From Bacteroidales bacterium (GTDB lineage Bacteria > Bacteroidota > Bacteroidia > Bacteroidales > UBA12077), in contig JAHOYT010000002.1 of the NCBI GenBank assembly GCA_019038645.1, forward strand, positions 34,679 to 98,678: DNA of 64,000 bases. The letters run 5' to 3'. Shown here piece after piece: positions 46,570 to 57,347 of this stretch. Position 1 is the first letter of the stretch. Each line of letters begins with the position of its first letter. The notes below the pieces were generated by a model, which worked only from the letters and a program-made list of their open reading frames with translations, was not told where the DNA came from and did not search any database. A program made the position numbers and the translations under genes.

Positions 46570-46599
46570 TTTGAACTTTATCAAATATTGTTACATTTG
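46570..46599 (+). promoter_or_regulatory. Bacteroidota-type promoter (-33 TTTG at 46570-46573; -7 TACATTTG at 46592-46599) for the symporter gene
   Basis: Both elements are present, with 18 nt between them, 36 nt upstream of the ATG. Confidence 0.4.
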
Positions 46600-46634
46600 T
46601 TAACGGTTGAAAAAAATAACAGATAATAAATATT

Positions 46635-48353
46635 ATGCAACAAATTAATGATTTCTTTCAGAACCTCCATAGTGTATTAGGAGGTCATCCATGGTTTGTA
46701 TTCTTTTTAATTGGTACAGGACTTTTTTTTACGATTTATCTAAAGTTTCCACAATTAAGATATTTTGGACATGCAATAAAAATTGTAAAAGGTAAATTTG
46801 ATAAAAAGGATGATAAGGGAGATACATCTCATTTTCAGGCATTAACAACTGCACTTTCAGGAACTGTAGGAACAGGTAATATTGCTGGAGTAGCATTTGC
46901 AATTTTTATGGGAGGTCCGGCAGCTTTGTTTTGGATGCTGGTTACAGCCTTTTTTGGAATGACAACAAAGTTTGTTGAAGTTACATTATCGCATAAATAC
47001 CGTGGCTTTGATGAAAAAGGAATGGTTGCCGGGGGCCCGATGTATTATATGAAAGAGAGATTGAATATTAATTTTAAGAATGGAAAGATACTTAAAACAG
47101 GTAAGTGGCTGGGTATATTTTTTGCGGCAGCAACAATCCTTTCTTCGTTTGGATCAGGTAGTATGCCTCAGATAAATAGTATTACAGACTCTGTATTAGC
47201 AACATTTGGTATTGAAAGAATAATAACCGGTGCGGTATTGGCAGTGTTATTAGGATTTGTAATAGTAGGAGGAATTAAAAGAATTGCAAAAGTAACGGAA
47301 CGTCTGGTACCGGGAATGGCATTAATTTATCTTATTGGGGCTTTTGCAGTAATAATTACAAATTATCAGAACATTATACCTTCGTTTGGTGCTATATTCT
47401 CAAATGTTTTTTCAGCACAAGCTGCTGTTGGAGGATTTTTGGGAGCTAGTTTTGCTTTTATGTTTAACCAGGGTGTTAATCGGGGATTATTTTCTAATGA
47501 AGCTGGTCAGGGTTCTGCTCCAATTGCTCACTCAGCAGCTCGTGCACACGAACCAGTTTCTGAAGGTTTGGTCGCAATTCTTGAACCATTTATCGATACG
47601 TTAATAATTTGTACAATTACCGGATTAGTTCTTTTATCTTCAGGTGTTTGGAATGAAAAACTGGATAATCAATTCCAGAATACAGATATGATTGTGTTTG
47701 CTGATACCTATAATGATGAAGTTAAGGAGGATCAGAAAGCTATTCTAAACCACTTGTCAAATGAAAGTTCATTACCTTTATTCAATGGAGAACTTGAAAT
47801 TAATAATGGAGAAATCCAAAATGAATTAACAATTTTACATGCTCGTTCAATTGCCGAAGATATTAAAGTGCTTTATGATGATAAACCATTCAGTGGCAAA
47901 ATAAATATTAGCAATGGAAGAGTAAAAAATGGCGAAGTTGATGTTGTATTTACCGGAAAGTCGTTAATGCATAGTGCTCCGTTAACAGCAAAAGCATTTA
48001 CAAGGAGCTTTTTTGGAGAGTGGGGTAAATACATTGTTTCCATTGGATTATTGCTATTTGCATTTTCAACAGCCATATCCTGGTCTTATTATGGTGATAG
48101 ATCCGTAACATTCTTATTTGGAGCAAAATATGTAATATATTATAGATTGTTATATGTTGTCGGATTTTTCTTTGCAGGATTTACCGATACAACAATAATA
48201 TGGAATTTATCATTGTTGACAGTTGTATTTATGGCTATTCCTAATCTTTTTGGAATATTGCTTTTACACAGAGAAGTAAGGTCAACAATTAAAAATTACT
48301 GGGTTACGTTTAAAAAGGAAAACCCCGATGTAAAAATTCCGGAAAAAGTGTAG
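46635..48353 (+). CDS. Alanine/glycine:cation symporter (AGCS family) with a ~115-aa hydrophilic insertion
   Basis: AGCS signature [30 protein letters not shown]. Hydrophilic segment at ~47649-47999. Confidence 0.8.
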   Translation: MQQINDFFQNLHSVLGGHPWFVFFLIGTGLFFTIYLKFPQLRYFGHAIKIVKGKFDKKDDKGDTSHFQALTTALSGTVGTGNIAGVAFAIFMGGPAALFWMLVTAFFGMTTKFVEVTLSHKYRGFDEKGMVAGGPMYYMKERLNINFKNGKILKTGKWLGIFFAAATILSSFGSGSMPQINSITDSVLATFGIERIITGAVLAVLLGFVIVGGIKRIAKVTERLVPGMALIYLIGAFAVIITNYQNIIPSFGAIFSNVFSAQAAVGGFLGASFAFMFNQGVNRGLFSNEAGQGSAPIAHSAARAHEPVSEGLVAILEPFIDTLIICTITGLVLLSSGVWNEKLDNQFQNTDMIVFADTYNDEVKEDQKAILNHLSNESSLPLFNGELEINNGEIQNELTILHARSIAEDIKVLYDDKPFSGKINISNGRVKNGEVDVVFTGKSLMHSAPLTAKAFTRSFFGEWGKYIVSIGLLLFAFSTAISWSYYGDRSVTFLFGAKYVIYYRLLYVVGFFFAGFTDTTIIWNLSLLTVVFMAIPNLFGILLLHREVRSTIKNYWVTFKKENPDVKIPEKV

Positions 48354-48374
48354 AGATTAATTGATATTACTTAA

Positions 48375-48407
48375 ATCATCCTTGTTTATTCAGGGATGAT
48401 TTTTTTA
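48375..48407 (+). terminator. Intrinsic terminator after the symporter gene
   Basis: 10-bp stem ATCATCCTTG / CAGGGATGAT (one G-U pair) followed by TTTTTT. It overlaps the stop codon of the convergent phosphatase gene. Confidence 0.55.
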
Positions 48408-49829
48408 TAATCGAAAGCCAAAGATCATAATATCATCAACTTGTTCATGTTTTCGTCCCATCCATTTTTTTAGATTGAGATCGATCAGGTCTTTCTGGAT
48501 TTCAAGTGGTTTATTGTGAATTTCAAGAAGCATATGTTTAAATCTTCGCGAGCGGTATTTTTTACCATCGTCACCACCAAACTGGTCTATAAACCCATCT
48601 GAAAATAAATAAAACATATCACCAGGTTCAAATTCTATATCATTATTTTGAAATGGAATTTCTATTGGTGTTAAACCAATTGGATTTCGTGTAGGTTTAT
48701 ATTCATTTAATTTATTATCCCGGACTAAATATAATGGCAGGTTTGCCCCTGAATACTGAAGTATGCCTTTATTATGATCTATTACGCACAGAGCAATATC
48801 CATTCCGTTATTGTGTGAATAATCATCGTCAGATTGATTTAGTGTTTCCTTTAAATCGTATCGTAAAACTTCCAGTGCCTGATTTGCTTTCTTTATTTCC
48901 TTTCTTCTCACAATTTCATTTAATAAAGTAATTCCTAAAACACTCATAAATGCTCCTGGAACACCATGCCCGGTACAATCTGCGGCAGCAATAACTGTAG
49001 ACTCATTAATCTGTTTTGCCCAATAAAAATCACCACTTACAATATCTTTAGGGATATAAAAAATAAAATGGTTTGGGAGGATTTTTGCAATGTATTTTTT
49101 TTCTGTCAGAAGTGCTGTTTGTAAACTTTTGGCATATTGAATACTATCTGTAATTTGTTTCTTTTGAAATATTAGCTCATCTTTTTGAGAGATTGAGATG
49201 TATTTTTCTTCTCGGTAACTTTTTACTAAAATTGCCACAACAAAATAAATGAGCACAAAAGAGAATAAAAATGTTATAGATACGTCATAAAATTTAATGA
49301 AATCACTCTCATAAGGAGTAATTAAATCCGGAAATTTCCTTTCCAGATAAAATAGAAGAACAAGGTTTAATAAAAAGGAAGTCATTACTATTACCCTGTT
49401 TCTGCCTTCTGTAATTATTACGAAAAGAACTAAACCAACAAGATAAACAAATACAACAGGTCCTTCAGAGCCCGCATTAAAAAACCATACTATGGATAAT
49501 ACTATTAACGAGTAAATGATATAAGGTGTAATCAGAGGCTTAAAAACTTTTCTTTTTCTTGATAAAAAATAGAAAATAAATAGAATTACTGTAGAAAACA
49601 TGGTGAAGATTGTAAGTCTGAAATCCAGCTGCAAAGCAATATTTGTAATACTCGCAAAACATGCAGCGAGAGCAGAGAACAGACTAACAGAGTTAAAGAA
49701 TCTATGCTCCAGACTATAATCATTCCTGCTTCCAAAAAGTAAATCTGTATAGCTGTAATGAATTTTATTTTCAGAATCTGATATGTCTTGTGTCATTATT
49801 CTGTTACTAATAAATAATGCCGGAATCAA
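48405..49829 (-). CDS. Membrane-anchored PP2C-type phosphatase (SpoIIE domain) with a multi-TM N-terminal domain
   Basis: About 6-7 hydrophobic helices, then the PP2C/SpoIIE pattern (SGDFYW, AADCTGHGVPGA, SDGFIDQFGG). TTG start at 49829. An alternative ATG lies 11 codons downstream. Confidence 0.75.
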   Translation of the reverse strand: MIPALFISNRIMTQDISDSENKIHYSYTDLLFGSRNDYSLEHRFFNSVSLFSALAACFASITNIALQLDFRLTIFTMFSTVILFIFYFLSRKRKVFKPLITPYIIYSLIVLSIVWFFNAGSEGPVVFVYLVGLVLFVIITEGRNRVIVMTSFLLNLVLLFYLERKFPDLITPYESDFIKFYDVSITFLFSFVLIYFVVAILVKSYREEKYISISQKDELIFQKKQITDSIQYAKSLQTALLTEKKYIAKILPNHFIFYIPKDIVSGDFYWAKQINESTVIAAADCTGHGVPGAFMSVLGITLLNEIVRRKEIKKANQALEVLRYDLKETLNQSDDDYSHNNGMDIALCVIDHNKGILQYSGANLPLYLVRDNKLNEYKPTRNPIGLTPIEIPFQNNDIEFEPGDMFYLFSDGFIDQFGGDDGKKYRSRRFKHMLLEIHNKPLEIQKDLIDLNLKKWMGRKHEQVDDIMIFGFRL

Positions 49830-49969
49830 ATTTGAAAAATGTTATTTTCCGGCAATAATGTTAGCTAATTTAACTAAATAATATTAATTATCAAACCGGA
49901 AAAGAGTGATCTAATGATATATAACGGTTTTATGGGTATGAGGCTTTAATATTGATGTATAAATGACAA

Positions 49970-51379
49970 TTACCTCCTTAGTAAAAGTACAATATTTTCT
50001 ACGTGGTATGTATGTGGGAACATATCAACAGGTTGTACTTTTATTACTTTATAATCAATATCTAAAAGATTAATATCTCTGGCCTGTGTTGCAGGATTAC
50101 AACTTACATAAACAATTTTTTCAGGCTTTGCTTTCAGAATTGTATCAACAACATCTTTATGCATCCCTGCACGCGGAGGATCCGAAATAATCACATCCGG
50201 ATAACCGTTATCTTCCAAAAATGTATGATTCAGAATGTCTTTCATATCACCTGCATAAAAAGCAGTATTTGTTATGTTGTTAATTTTTGAATTCAGTTTT
50301 GCATCTTCAATAGCATCAGGAATATATTCAATTCCAATTACCCTTTTAGCTTCTCTTGCAATAAAATTGGCAATGGTTCCTGTTCCTGTATATAAATCAT
50401 AAACCGTTTCTTTTCCTGTTAAACCTGCAAATTCTCTTGTTTTAGAATATAGATTATGCGCTTGTTCTGAATTTGTCTGGTAAAAAGATTTTGGTCCGAT
50501 TCTGAATTTAAGATCTTCCATTTGCTCAAAAATGTGATCATTGCCCTTAAAAAGAATAACATCCTGATCGGTAATGGAATCATTTGCTTTTGAATTAACA
50601 ATATACATTAAAGAACTTATTTCAGGGAATACTTCAGAAAGATGATTCAACAATGATACAATGTTAGCTTTATCGTTTTTATAAAAAACCATAATTACCA
50701 TTAATTCACCTGTTGTTGATGAGCGAATAATTACATTTCTTAAAAAACCTTCTTGTTTCCTTAAATCAAAATATGAAAGATTGTTCTTATCGGCATATTT
50801 TTTTATCTCTAAACGAATTGCATTCGACGGATCTTTTTGTAAATAGCATTTGTTAATATTAACTACTTTATCCCATATTCGGGGAACATGAAATCCCAAT
50901 GCATTATCTTGTTTTAGTGTATCAGGAGTATTTATTTCTTCTTTTGTAAGCCAGCGTTTGTTCGAAAAAGTATACTCAAGTTTATTTCTGTAAAACTGTG
51001 TTTGATCTGATGACAATATATAATCTATCTCAGGCAATTCAACTTTTGCGATCCTTTGCAAATTATCAATTACCTGTTGATGTTTATATTTTAATTGTTC
51101 ATCGTACGGAAGGTTTTGCCATTTGCAACCGCCACAAACACCAAAATGTTCACAAAAAGGCTCTGTTCTAATGTCAGAATATTTATGGAATTTTACGGGT
51201 ACAGCTTCCAAAAAACTTTTTTTCTTTCTGGTAACCTGAATGTCAACAATATCTCCCGGAACAGTTTGTGTAATAAATATTACTTTATCATCGATCTTTG
51301 CAATTGCTTTTCCTTCAGCAGCAACATTCGTAATCTCTACTCTTTCAATTATTGGTAATGACTTTTTCTTTCGTCCCAC
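49970..51379 (-). CDS. rlmD: 23S rRNA (uracil-C5)-methyltransferase RlmD/RumA family
   Basis: N-terminal TRAM domain, Fe-S cysteines CEHFGVCGGCKWQ, and a SAM-MTase core (DLYTGTGT, DPPRAG, YVSCNP). Confidence 0.85.
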   Translation of the reverse strand: MGRKKKSLPIIERVEITNVAAEGKAIAKIDDKVIFITQTVPGDIVDIQVTRKKKSFLEAVPVKFHKYSDIRTEPFCEHFGVCGGCKWQNLPYDEQLKYKHQQVIDNLQRIAKVELPEIDYILSSDQTQFYRNKLEYTFSNKRWLTKEEINTPDTLKQDNALGFHVPRIWDKVVNINKCYLQKDPSNAIRLEIKKYADKNNLSYFDLRKQEGFLRNVIIRSSTTGELMVIMVFYKNDKANIVSLLNHLSEVFPEISSLMYIVNSKANDSITDQDVILFKGNDHIFEQMEDLKFRIGPKSFYQTNSEQAHNLYSKTREFAGLTGKETVYDLYTGTGTIANFIAREAKRVIGIEYIPDAIEDAKLNSKINNITNTAFYAGDMKDILNHTFLEDNGYPDVIISDPPRAGMHKDVVDTILKAKPEKIVYVSCNPATQARDINLLDIDYKVIKVQPVDMFPHTYHVENIVLLLRR

Positions 51380-51479
51380 GGTTTATCCAGATTAAATTTT
51401 TGCAAAGATATAATAATTGTTTAATGCTTAAATATTTCGAAGAATTTATAATCCTGTTAAATTGTTATCGTATAAATTT

Positions 51480-51487
51480 TATCTTTG
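51480..51487 (+). promoter_or_regulatory. Candidate -7 box TATCTTTG upstream of the ABC-F gene
   Basis: Matches TAnnTTTG, 22 nt before the ATG at 51509. It overlaps the TTG start proposed in the ORF track, which argues for the ATG. Confidence 0.35.
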
Positions 51488-51508
51488 CGGGAAATATTAT
51501 ATTATCAT

Positions 51509-53446
51509 ATGATTTCTGTTGATCAGTTAACCATTGAATTTGGAGGTTTTCAATTATTTAATGATGTTTCTTTTTTAATAAATCCAAAAGATCGTATTGG
51601 ACTTGTAGGTAAAAATGGCGCCGGAAAGTCAACCTTGTTAAAAGTATTTATGGGTATGCAAAATCCAACGAAAGGAGTTGTTACAATACCCTCAGATATT
51701 AGTTTGGGCTACCTTCCGCAAAATATGATTTGCAAAGACGTACGGACAGTATTTGATGAAGCCCGAGAAGCTTTTTCGGAAGTATTAAAATTGGATGAGA
51801 GCATAAAGAAAATTAATTTACAATTAGCTGATCGTAATGATTATGAATCTAAGGAGTATTTAAAGCTTATACATGATTTATCGGATGCAAATGACAGATA
51901 CCATATTTTGGGAGGAGGCTCACTAGAAGCCAATATTGAAAGGATATTACTCGGTTTAGGGTTTAAATCAAAAGACTTTAAAAGGCAAACATCCGAATTT
52001 AGCGGTGGCTGGAGAATGCGAATTGAGCTGGCTAAAATCTTGCTGCAAAAACCGAACGTTTTATTGCTTGATGAGCCTACAAATCATTTGGATATAGAGG
52101 CAATACAGTGGTTTGAGGATTTTTTGATAGAATACTCAGGAGCTGTTGTCCTAATTTCGCACGACAGGGCTTTTCTGGATAATATTACAAAACGAACTGT
52201 TGAAATTTCGTTGGGTAAAATATATGATTATAACGTTCCGTATTCAAAATATGAAGAACTGAGAAAAGAAAGAAGAGAACAACAATTAGCAGCATACAGA
52301 AATCAACAAAAATTAATAGAAGAAACTGAAGATTTTATTGAACGATTCAGATATAAGGCAACAAAAGCGGTTCAGGTGCAGTCAAGAGTTAAGTCACTTA
52401 AAAAAATAGATCGTATTGAAATTGATGAAGAAGATAACGCAGAAATGCATATAAAATTTCCTTCTGCACCACGTTCCGGAGATTTGGCTGTAAAAACAGA
52501 TTCTGTTACGAAAAATTACGGAGATTTAACGGTTTTTAAGGATATTGATCTGACAATATTAAGAGGTGAGAAAATTGCGTTTGTAGGCAGAAATGGTGAA
52601 GGAAAAACAACACTTTCAAGGATTATTGTTGGTGATCTGGATTATACCGGGGAATTAAAAATCGGGCATAAAGTTTCGATTGGTTATTTTGCACAAAATC
52701 AGGATGAGCTTCTTAATGAGAAACTCACCGTTTTTCAGACAATTGACGATATTGCTGTAGGCGATATCAGAACTAAAATAAGAAATATACTTGGTGCGTT
52801 TTTATTTAGTGGCGAGGATATTGATAAGAAAGTAAAAGTTTTGTCGGGAGGCGAGCGATCAAGACTCGCAATGGCAAAATTGCTTTTAAAACCTTACAAT
52901 TTGCTGGTTCTTGATGAGCCAACAAATCATCTTGATATGCGTTCTAAAGATATTCTTAAAAAGGCATTGAAAGAATTTGAAGGTACTATCATAATTGTAT
53001 CGCACGACAGAGAATTTCTGGATGATTTGGTTGAAAAAGTATATGAATTCAGAGATAAAAATATAAGAGAGCATATTGGTGGAATTTATGAATTTTTAAA
53101 AAAACGGAAACTTGAAAATTTAAAAGAACTGGAAAGGAAAGAGAAACAATTCTTACAAAAAAAGCCTAAGGCTATTTCTGAAAACAAACTTTCGTATCTG
53201 GAACGAAAGGAATTTGAAAAGAAAATAAGAAAAGCCAGAACACTGGTAAGCGATAGTGAAGAAAGAATTGAAACTTTAGAACTTAGTATTAATGAAATAA
53301 GTAAAAATTTATTGGATCCTGAGAAAATGACCGATGATAAGTTGTTCATTAAATATGATGAACTTAAAAAGGAGCTTGATTACGAAATGAAAAAATGGGA
53401 GATGCTTACTGAAAAACATGAAGAATTGAAACAACAAAGAAATTAA
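51509..53446 (+). CDS. ABC-F family ATPase (two ABC domains plus a C-terminal coiled coil)
   Basis: Walker A GKNGAGKST and GRNGEGKTT, signatures FSGGWRMR and LSGGERSR, and a Lys/Glu-rich tail. Confidence 0.85.
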   Translation: MISVDQLTIEFGGFQLFNDVSFLINPKDRIGLVGKNGAGKSTLLKVFMGMQNPTKGVVTIPSDISLGYLPQNMICKDVRTVFDEAREAFSEVLKLDESIKKINLQLADRNDYESKEYLKLIHDLSDANDRYHILGGGSLEANIERILLGLGFKSKDFKRQTSEFSGGWRMRIELAKILLQKPNVLLLDEPTNHLDIEAIQWFEDFLIEYSGAVVLISHDRAFLDNITKRTVEISLGKIYDYNVPYSKYEELRKERREQQLAAYRNQQKLIEETEDFIERFRYKATKAVQVQSRVKSLKKIDRIEIDEEDNAEMHIKFPSAPRSGDLAVKTDSVTKNYGDLTVFKDIDLTILRGEKIAFVGRNGEGKTTLSRIIVGDLDYTGELKIGHKVSIGYFAQNQDELLNEKLTVFQTIDDIAVGDIRTKIRNILGAFLFSGEDIDKKVKVLSGGERSRLAMAKLLLKPYNLLVLDEPTNHLDMRSKDILKKALKEFEGTIIIVSHDREFLDDLVEKVYEFRDKNIREHIGGIYEFLKKRKLENLKELERKEKQFLQKKPKAISENKLSYLERKEFEKKIRKARTLVSDSEERIETLELSINEISKNLLDPEKMTDDKLFIKYDELKKELDYEMKKWEMLTEKHEELKQQRN

Positions 53447-53480
53447 GTATCTTTATCTTCAGGAAGATTAATATAACTCT

Positions 53481-54764
53481 ATGTGCAATAACCACAAATA
53501 TTTATGCCTTTTAATTATTTCTCTTTTTGCATGGAGTTGTAAGGTGTCAGATAAAACTACTATACCGAGAAATCTTGAGGGAATTTATAATCCTGCAAGT
53601 ACTTCTGTACATCCTGAAACAGAAGTTTATAATACTTCAGATACGAGTTCACTTATAATTGAAAAAATTTATTCAAAGGAACTGCTTTTTAATCAGGCCA
53701 ATAAAGAAAATAAACTTTTGGCAAATGTATTAATAAAATTTTCTTTGTATGATTTAAATGATAAACAGAGACTCGTAGATAGCTTAACCACAACATATAA
53801 ACTTAGTAAAAACCCTGATAAATCCTTTTATACTTTTAAAATACCTGTAAATACATTAAAAGGGAATGATTATATTCTTGAAATAATCACACTTGACCAA
53901 AACCGCAATAGCAGTCAGTTTTCTTTTTTCAGGATTTCCAGAAGTAATGAATTAAATAATCAGGATTTTATAGTCTTCAATAAAAACGACGATGAGTTTT
54001 TAACTAATCATAATATAAAAAGTAATTTACAGTTTGGAATTAAGCATTATAAAAAAGCATTTGATTCATTAAATGTATTCTATTTTAGAAATACCGATAC
54101 TGTTCCTGAACCTCCTCATATTAGGGATACTATTACAGAGAATTTCTTAAATCCAGACACAATTTGGGTTTGTATTTTGGATTCTATTTTATACGAAAAC
54201 TTTAACAACGAAGGAGTATATTACTTTTCTCCGAACAAAAAACCTGTTAATGGATTTGCCTTATATAACTTTGGATCGGGATTTCCTGCCATAAGAACTC
54301 CGGATGAGCTGTTTAAACCGTTAAAGTATCTGGGAAATAATTTGGAAGTGGCAGATGAAGATTCAACCGGAAAGATGACAAAACTTGCAGTTGATAATTT
54401 TTGGCTTGAAAAAGCCAATAATGTTAATAAATCGAGGGAATTGCTTAAAGAATATTACACCAGGGTTATGTTTGCAAACTTATATTTTTCTTCGATTAAA
54501 GAAGGTTGGCAGACAGATCGTGGAATGATTTATATAATATTCGGATTACCGGATTATTTGTATAAGTCAGGAGAAGAAGAAAAATGGATTTACAATCCGG
54601 CATCCATTGGACCTGGAATAAGTTTTTCTTTTTTGTATTATAAAAATCCGTTTAGTCTGAATCATTATGTTTTGCAAAGGGGCAAAATAAAATTTTCAGG
54701 TTGGGATTGGGATCAAGCTATTAAAATGTGGAATAAAGGTGAAATTTTTTATTATCAAAATTAA
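53481..54764 (+). CDS. GWxTD domain-containing lipoprotein
   Basis: Lipobox FAWSC. C-terminal GWQTDRGMIYIIFGLPD motif. Confidence 0.7.
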   Translation: MCNNHKYLCLLIISLFAWSCKVSDKTTIPRNLEGIYNPASTSVHPETEVYNTSDTSSLIIEKIYSKELLFNQANKENKLLANVLIKFSLYDLNDKQRLVDSLTTTYKLSKNPDKSFYTFKIPVNTLKGNDYILEIITLDQNRNSSQFSFFRISRSNELNNQDFIVFNKNDDEFLTNHNIKSNLQFGIKHYKKAFDSLNVFYFRNTDTVPEPPHIRDTITENFLNPDTIWVCILDSILYENFNNEGVYYFSPNKKPVNGFALYNFGSGFPAIRTPDELFKPLKYLGNNLEVADEDSTGKMTKLAVDNFWLEKANNVNKSRELLKEYYTRVMFANLYFSSIKEGWQTDRGMIYIIFGLPDYLYKSGEEEKWIYNPASIGPGISFSFLYYKNPFSLNHYVLQRGKIKFSGWDWDQAIKMWNKGEIFYYQN

Positions 54765-54767
54765 TAT

Positions 54768-55508
54768 ATGCAACAAAGTAAAGATTTTATATTTGGTATT
54801 CGTGCTGTTATTGAGGCAATAAAATCAGGCAAGCAGATTGATAAACTGATGATTCGTAGTGGACTTAAAGGTGAGCTGATTTTTGAGTTAATGGCTGTGA
54901 TTAAAGAATTACAAATCCCATTTCAATATGTTCCCAACGAGCGAATCAACCGGGTAACAATGAAAAATCACCAGGGAGTGTTAGCATTTATTTCGCCAAT
55001 TGAATTTCAGAATATTGAAAATATATTGCCATCGTTATTTGAAGCCGGAAAGAATCCTCTATTTGTAATTCTGGATAAAGTGACTGATGTGAGAAATTTT
55101 GGTGCAATTACACGCACTGCCGAGTGTGCAGGTGTTAACACCATTATTATTCCTGAAAAGGGATCTGCACAAATTTCCGGTGATGCAGTTAAAACGTCGG
55201 CAGGCGCATTGCTTAAGATTCCTGTTTGCAGGGTAAAAAACCTTTCTGAAACTATTAAATTTTTACAGCAAAGTGGAATCCAGATTATCGCTGCTACGGA
55301 AAAAGCAGAAGATTTTTATTATAAAGTTGATTTCTCGATACCAACTGCAATATTAATGGGAGCAGAGGATAAGGGCGTTGATATGGAATATTTAAGAATT
55401 GCAGATAAAATGGTAAAAATTCCCGTTTTAGGAGAAATAGATTCACTTAACGTTTCTGTAGCGGCATCAATAATGATTTACGAAGCTGTCAAACAAAGAA
55501 TAAATTAG
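54768..55508 (+). CDS. rlmB: 23S rRNA (guanosine-2'-O)-methyltransferase RlmB (SpoU/TrmH family)
   Basis: SpoU substrate-binding N-domain plus SPOUT motifs (LDKVTDVRNFGAITRTAE, LMGAEDKGV, SLNVSVAASIMIYE). Confidence 0.8.
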   Translation: MQQSKDFIFGIRAVIEAIKSGKQIDKLMIRSGLKGELIFELMAVIKELQIPFQYVPNERINRVTMKNHQGVLAFISPIEFQNIENILPSLFEAGKNPLFVILDKVTDVRNFGAITRTAECAGVNTIIIPEKGSAQISGDAVKTSAGALLKIPVCRVKNLSETIKFLQQSGIQIIAATEKAEDFYYKVDFSIPTAILMGAEDKGVDMEYLRIADKMVKIPVLGEIDSLNVSVAASIMIYEAVKQRIN

Positions 55509-57274
55509 GCTGATTTTAAAGTAAAAGTAAAGCTTGATCCTTTTCCATATTCGCTCTCAACTTTTATTGAACCTCCATTTTGTTCAATAAATTCCTTACA
55601 TATAATTAAACCAAGACCTGAACCTTTTTCCCTGTTTGTCCCCGGATTGGAAAAACTTTGATCGATACTAAATAGCTTCAGTTGGTCTTTTTCGGTAATT
55701 CCAATACCCTGATCAGAAATATCGATCTCAATAAAATCAGATTTTGTAACGGCGCTAAGGGTAAATATGGATTTTTTGTGAGAAAATTTTATAGCATTAA
55801 TAATCAGATTTCTGAAAACAGTACTAATCATATTAACATCTGCAGAAACATTAATTTCCGGAGCAATTTTAACAATAGCTTTAAGCTCTTTTTCTTTTAT
55901 AAGGTCATCGAAAACAGGAAGAATATTACTAATTAGTTTTTTCAGATTAATTTTTTCCGGGTTTTGTTTTAAGCTTCCGGTTTGAGTTCTCGACCACTCA
56001 AGTAAATTTTCGAGTAATGAATACAATTGTTTCGATGATTGATTCATTTTTATGATCAGGTCATGCATATCATCAGATGGCAGATTTTGGAAATCTTCTG
56101 CAAGAAAATCTGTCTGACCTATAAAACCTCCGATTGCACCCTTTAGATCATGTGATATTATTGAGAAGAATTTATCTTTCGTTGTATTTAATTTGTCAAG
56201 AACTTCACTTTGTTCCGTAATTTTTTGATTTTTTGCAGACAGCATGTGGAGTGCTTCCTTTTTAGCTTTCCCCTGTCTTTTAAGCAGAATTACCAGAATT
56301 ATAAAAACAATAAATGCTACCGACAGAATTACAATAATTATTCTGCCAAGTTCATTTTGTTTATTTAATAATTCAATTTCTTTTTCCTTTTTATTCGTTT
56401 CATATTGAATTTCAAGTTCTGCAATTTCTTTCCCGGATTCAAGACTAAGTCTATTGTTCCTTAAATCTGTATACAACTCAAAATAAAAAAGTGCTTTTTG
56501 AAAATTTACTTTACGTTTATACATTTTATATAAACATTTGTAATTAATTTCAATTGTATGTTTGTCTTCAATTAATTCTGAAATTTCCAGACTTTGTGTG
56601 AAATAACTTAAAGCCAGATTATAATTATTTAATAAGCTGTGTACTTCTCCAATATTAAGTAAAGAAGTTGCAATACCTGATTTATTATTTAATGCTTTCT
56701 CGAGCTCATATGATTTTGTATAGTAATCAAGCGCCTGTTTATAATCATTCATATGAAAATACAAAACACCGATATTGTTATAAGTGCTGCTTATACCAAC
56801 CGAGTCGTTCACAGTTTCTTTAATTTCAAGACTCTCAAGATAATACTGTATTGCAGTTTCGTATTTTTCAATGTATCTGTATACAATCCCAAGATTATTA
56901 TAGGCTGTTCCAATACCATCAATGTCTTGTTGCAGAATATTTATTTCAAGAAATTTCTCAAAATATTCTATTGATTTTTCAATATTATCCAGATAAAAAT
57001 ATGCCTCGCCTAAAAATGAGCATGCCAGGTCAATGTATTTTAAATTTTTGGCTTCTTCGGCCAGTGTTAAAAGTTCATTAGCATATTTTATAACATCTTC
57101 AACAGAATTGTTCATATGTTCTTTGGAAATCTGTTTTAAAGTTTCCATTCGCATTTCACCTTCCTGATTTGAAAGAACGGTGAGTAAACTATCTGTATTA
57201 ATAGAATTTGCCTGTAAAAATCCAATAGAAAAGAAAAATGAAAAGTATAATAATATTGTTGAAAATTTAAGCAT
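55505..57274 (-). CDS. Sensor histidine kinase with an extracytoplasmic TPR domain
   Basis: Signal/TM segment, ~6 TPR-like repeats, a second TM helix (IIIVILSVAFIVFIILVILL), HisKA FFSIISHDLKGAIGG, and HATPase (NLIINAIKFS, DQGIG, GSGLGL). Confidence 0.8.
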   Translation of the reverse strand: MLKFSTILLYFSFFFSIGFLQANSINTDSLLTVLSNQEGEMRMETLKQISKEHMNNSVEDVIKYANELLTLAEEAKNLKYIDLACSFLGEAYFYLDNIEKSIEYFEKFLEINILQQDIDGIGTAYNNLGIVYRYIEKYETAIQYYLESLEIKETVNDSVGISSTYNNIGVLYFHMNDYKQALDYYTKSYELEKALNNKSGIATSLLNIGEVHSLLNNYNLALSYFTQSLEISELIEDKHTIEINYKCLYKMYKRKVNFQKALFYFELYTDLRNNRLSLESGKEIAELEIQYETNKKEKEIELLNKQNELGRIIIVILSVAFIVFIILVILLKRQGKAKKEALHMLSAKNQKITEQSEVLDKLNTTKDKFFSIISHDLKGAIGGFIGQTDFLAEDFQNLPSDDMHDLIIKMNQSSKQLYSLLENLLEWSRTQTGSLKQNPEKINLKKLISNILPVFDDLIKEKELKAIVKIAPEINVSADVNMISTVFRNLIINAIKFSHKKSIFTLSAVTKSDFIEIDISDQGIGITEKDQLKLFSIDQSFSNPGTNREKGSGLGLIICKEFIEQNGGSIKVESEYGKGSSFTFTLKSA

Positions 57275-57347
57275 TCCGGAACTTTCCCATTTGGTAAAAA
57301 GAGTTTAAATATAAGAATTAATCTTTTATATACATTTTCCGGAGAAT

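Noticed and set aside
46467-46634. A possible glycine riboswitch upstream of the alanine/glycine symporter.
   Set aside because: I could not find the conserved GGAGAG...CACCGAAGGGGCAA-type cores. The region holds only a terminator and a promoter-like motif.
51485-51508. A TTG start 8 codons upstream of the ABC-F gene ATG.
   Set aside because: A TAnnTTTG -7 box (51480-51487) overlaps it, so the transcript probably starts downstream of this codon. MISVDQLT is the usual ABC-F N-terminus.
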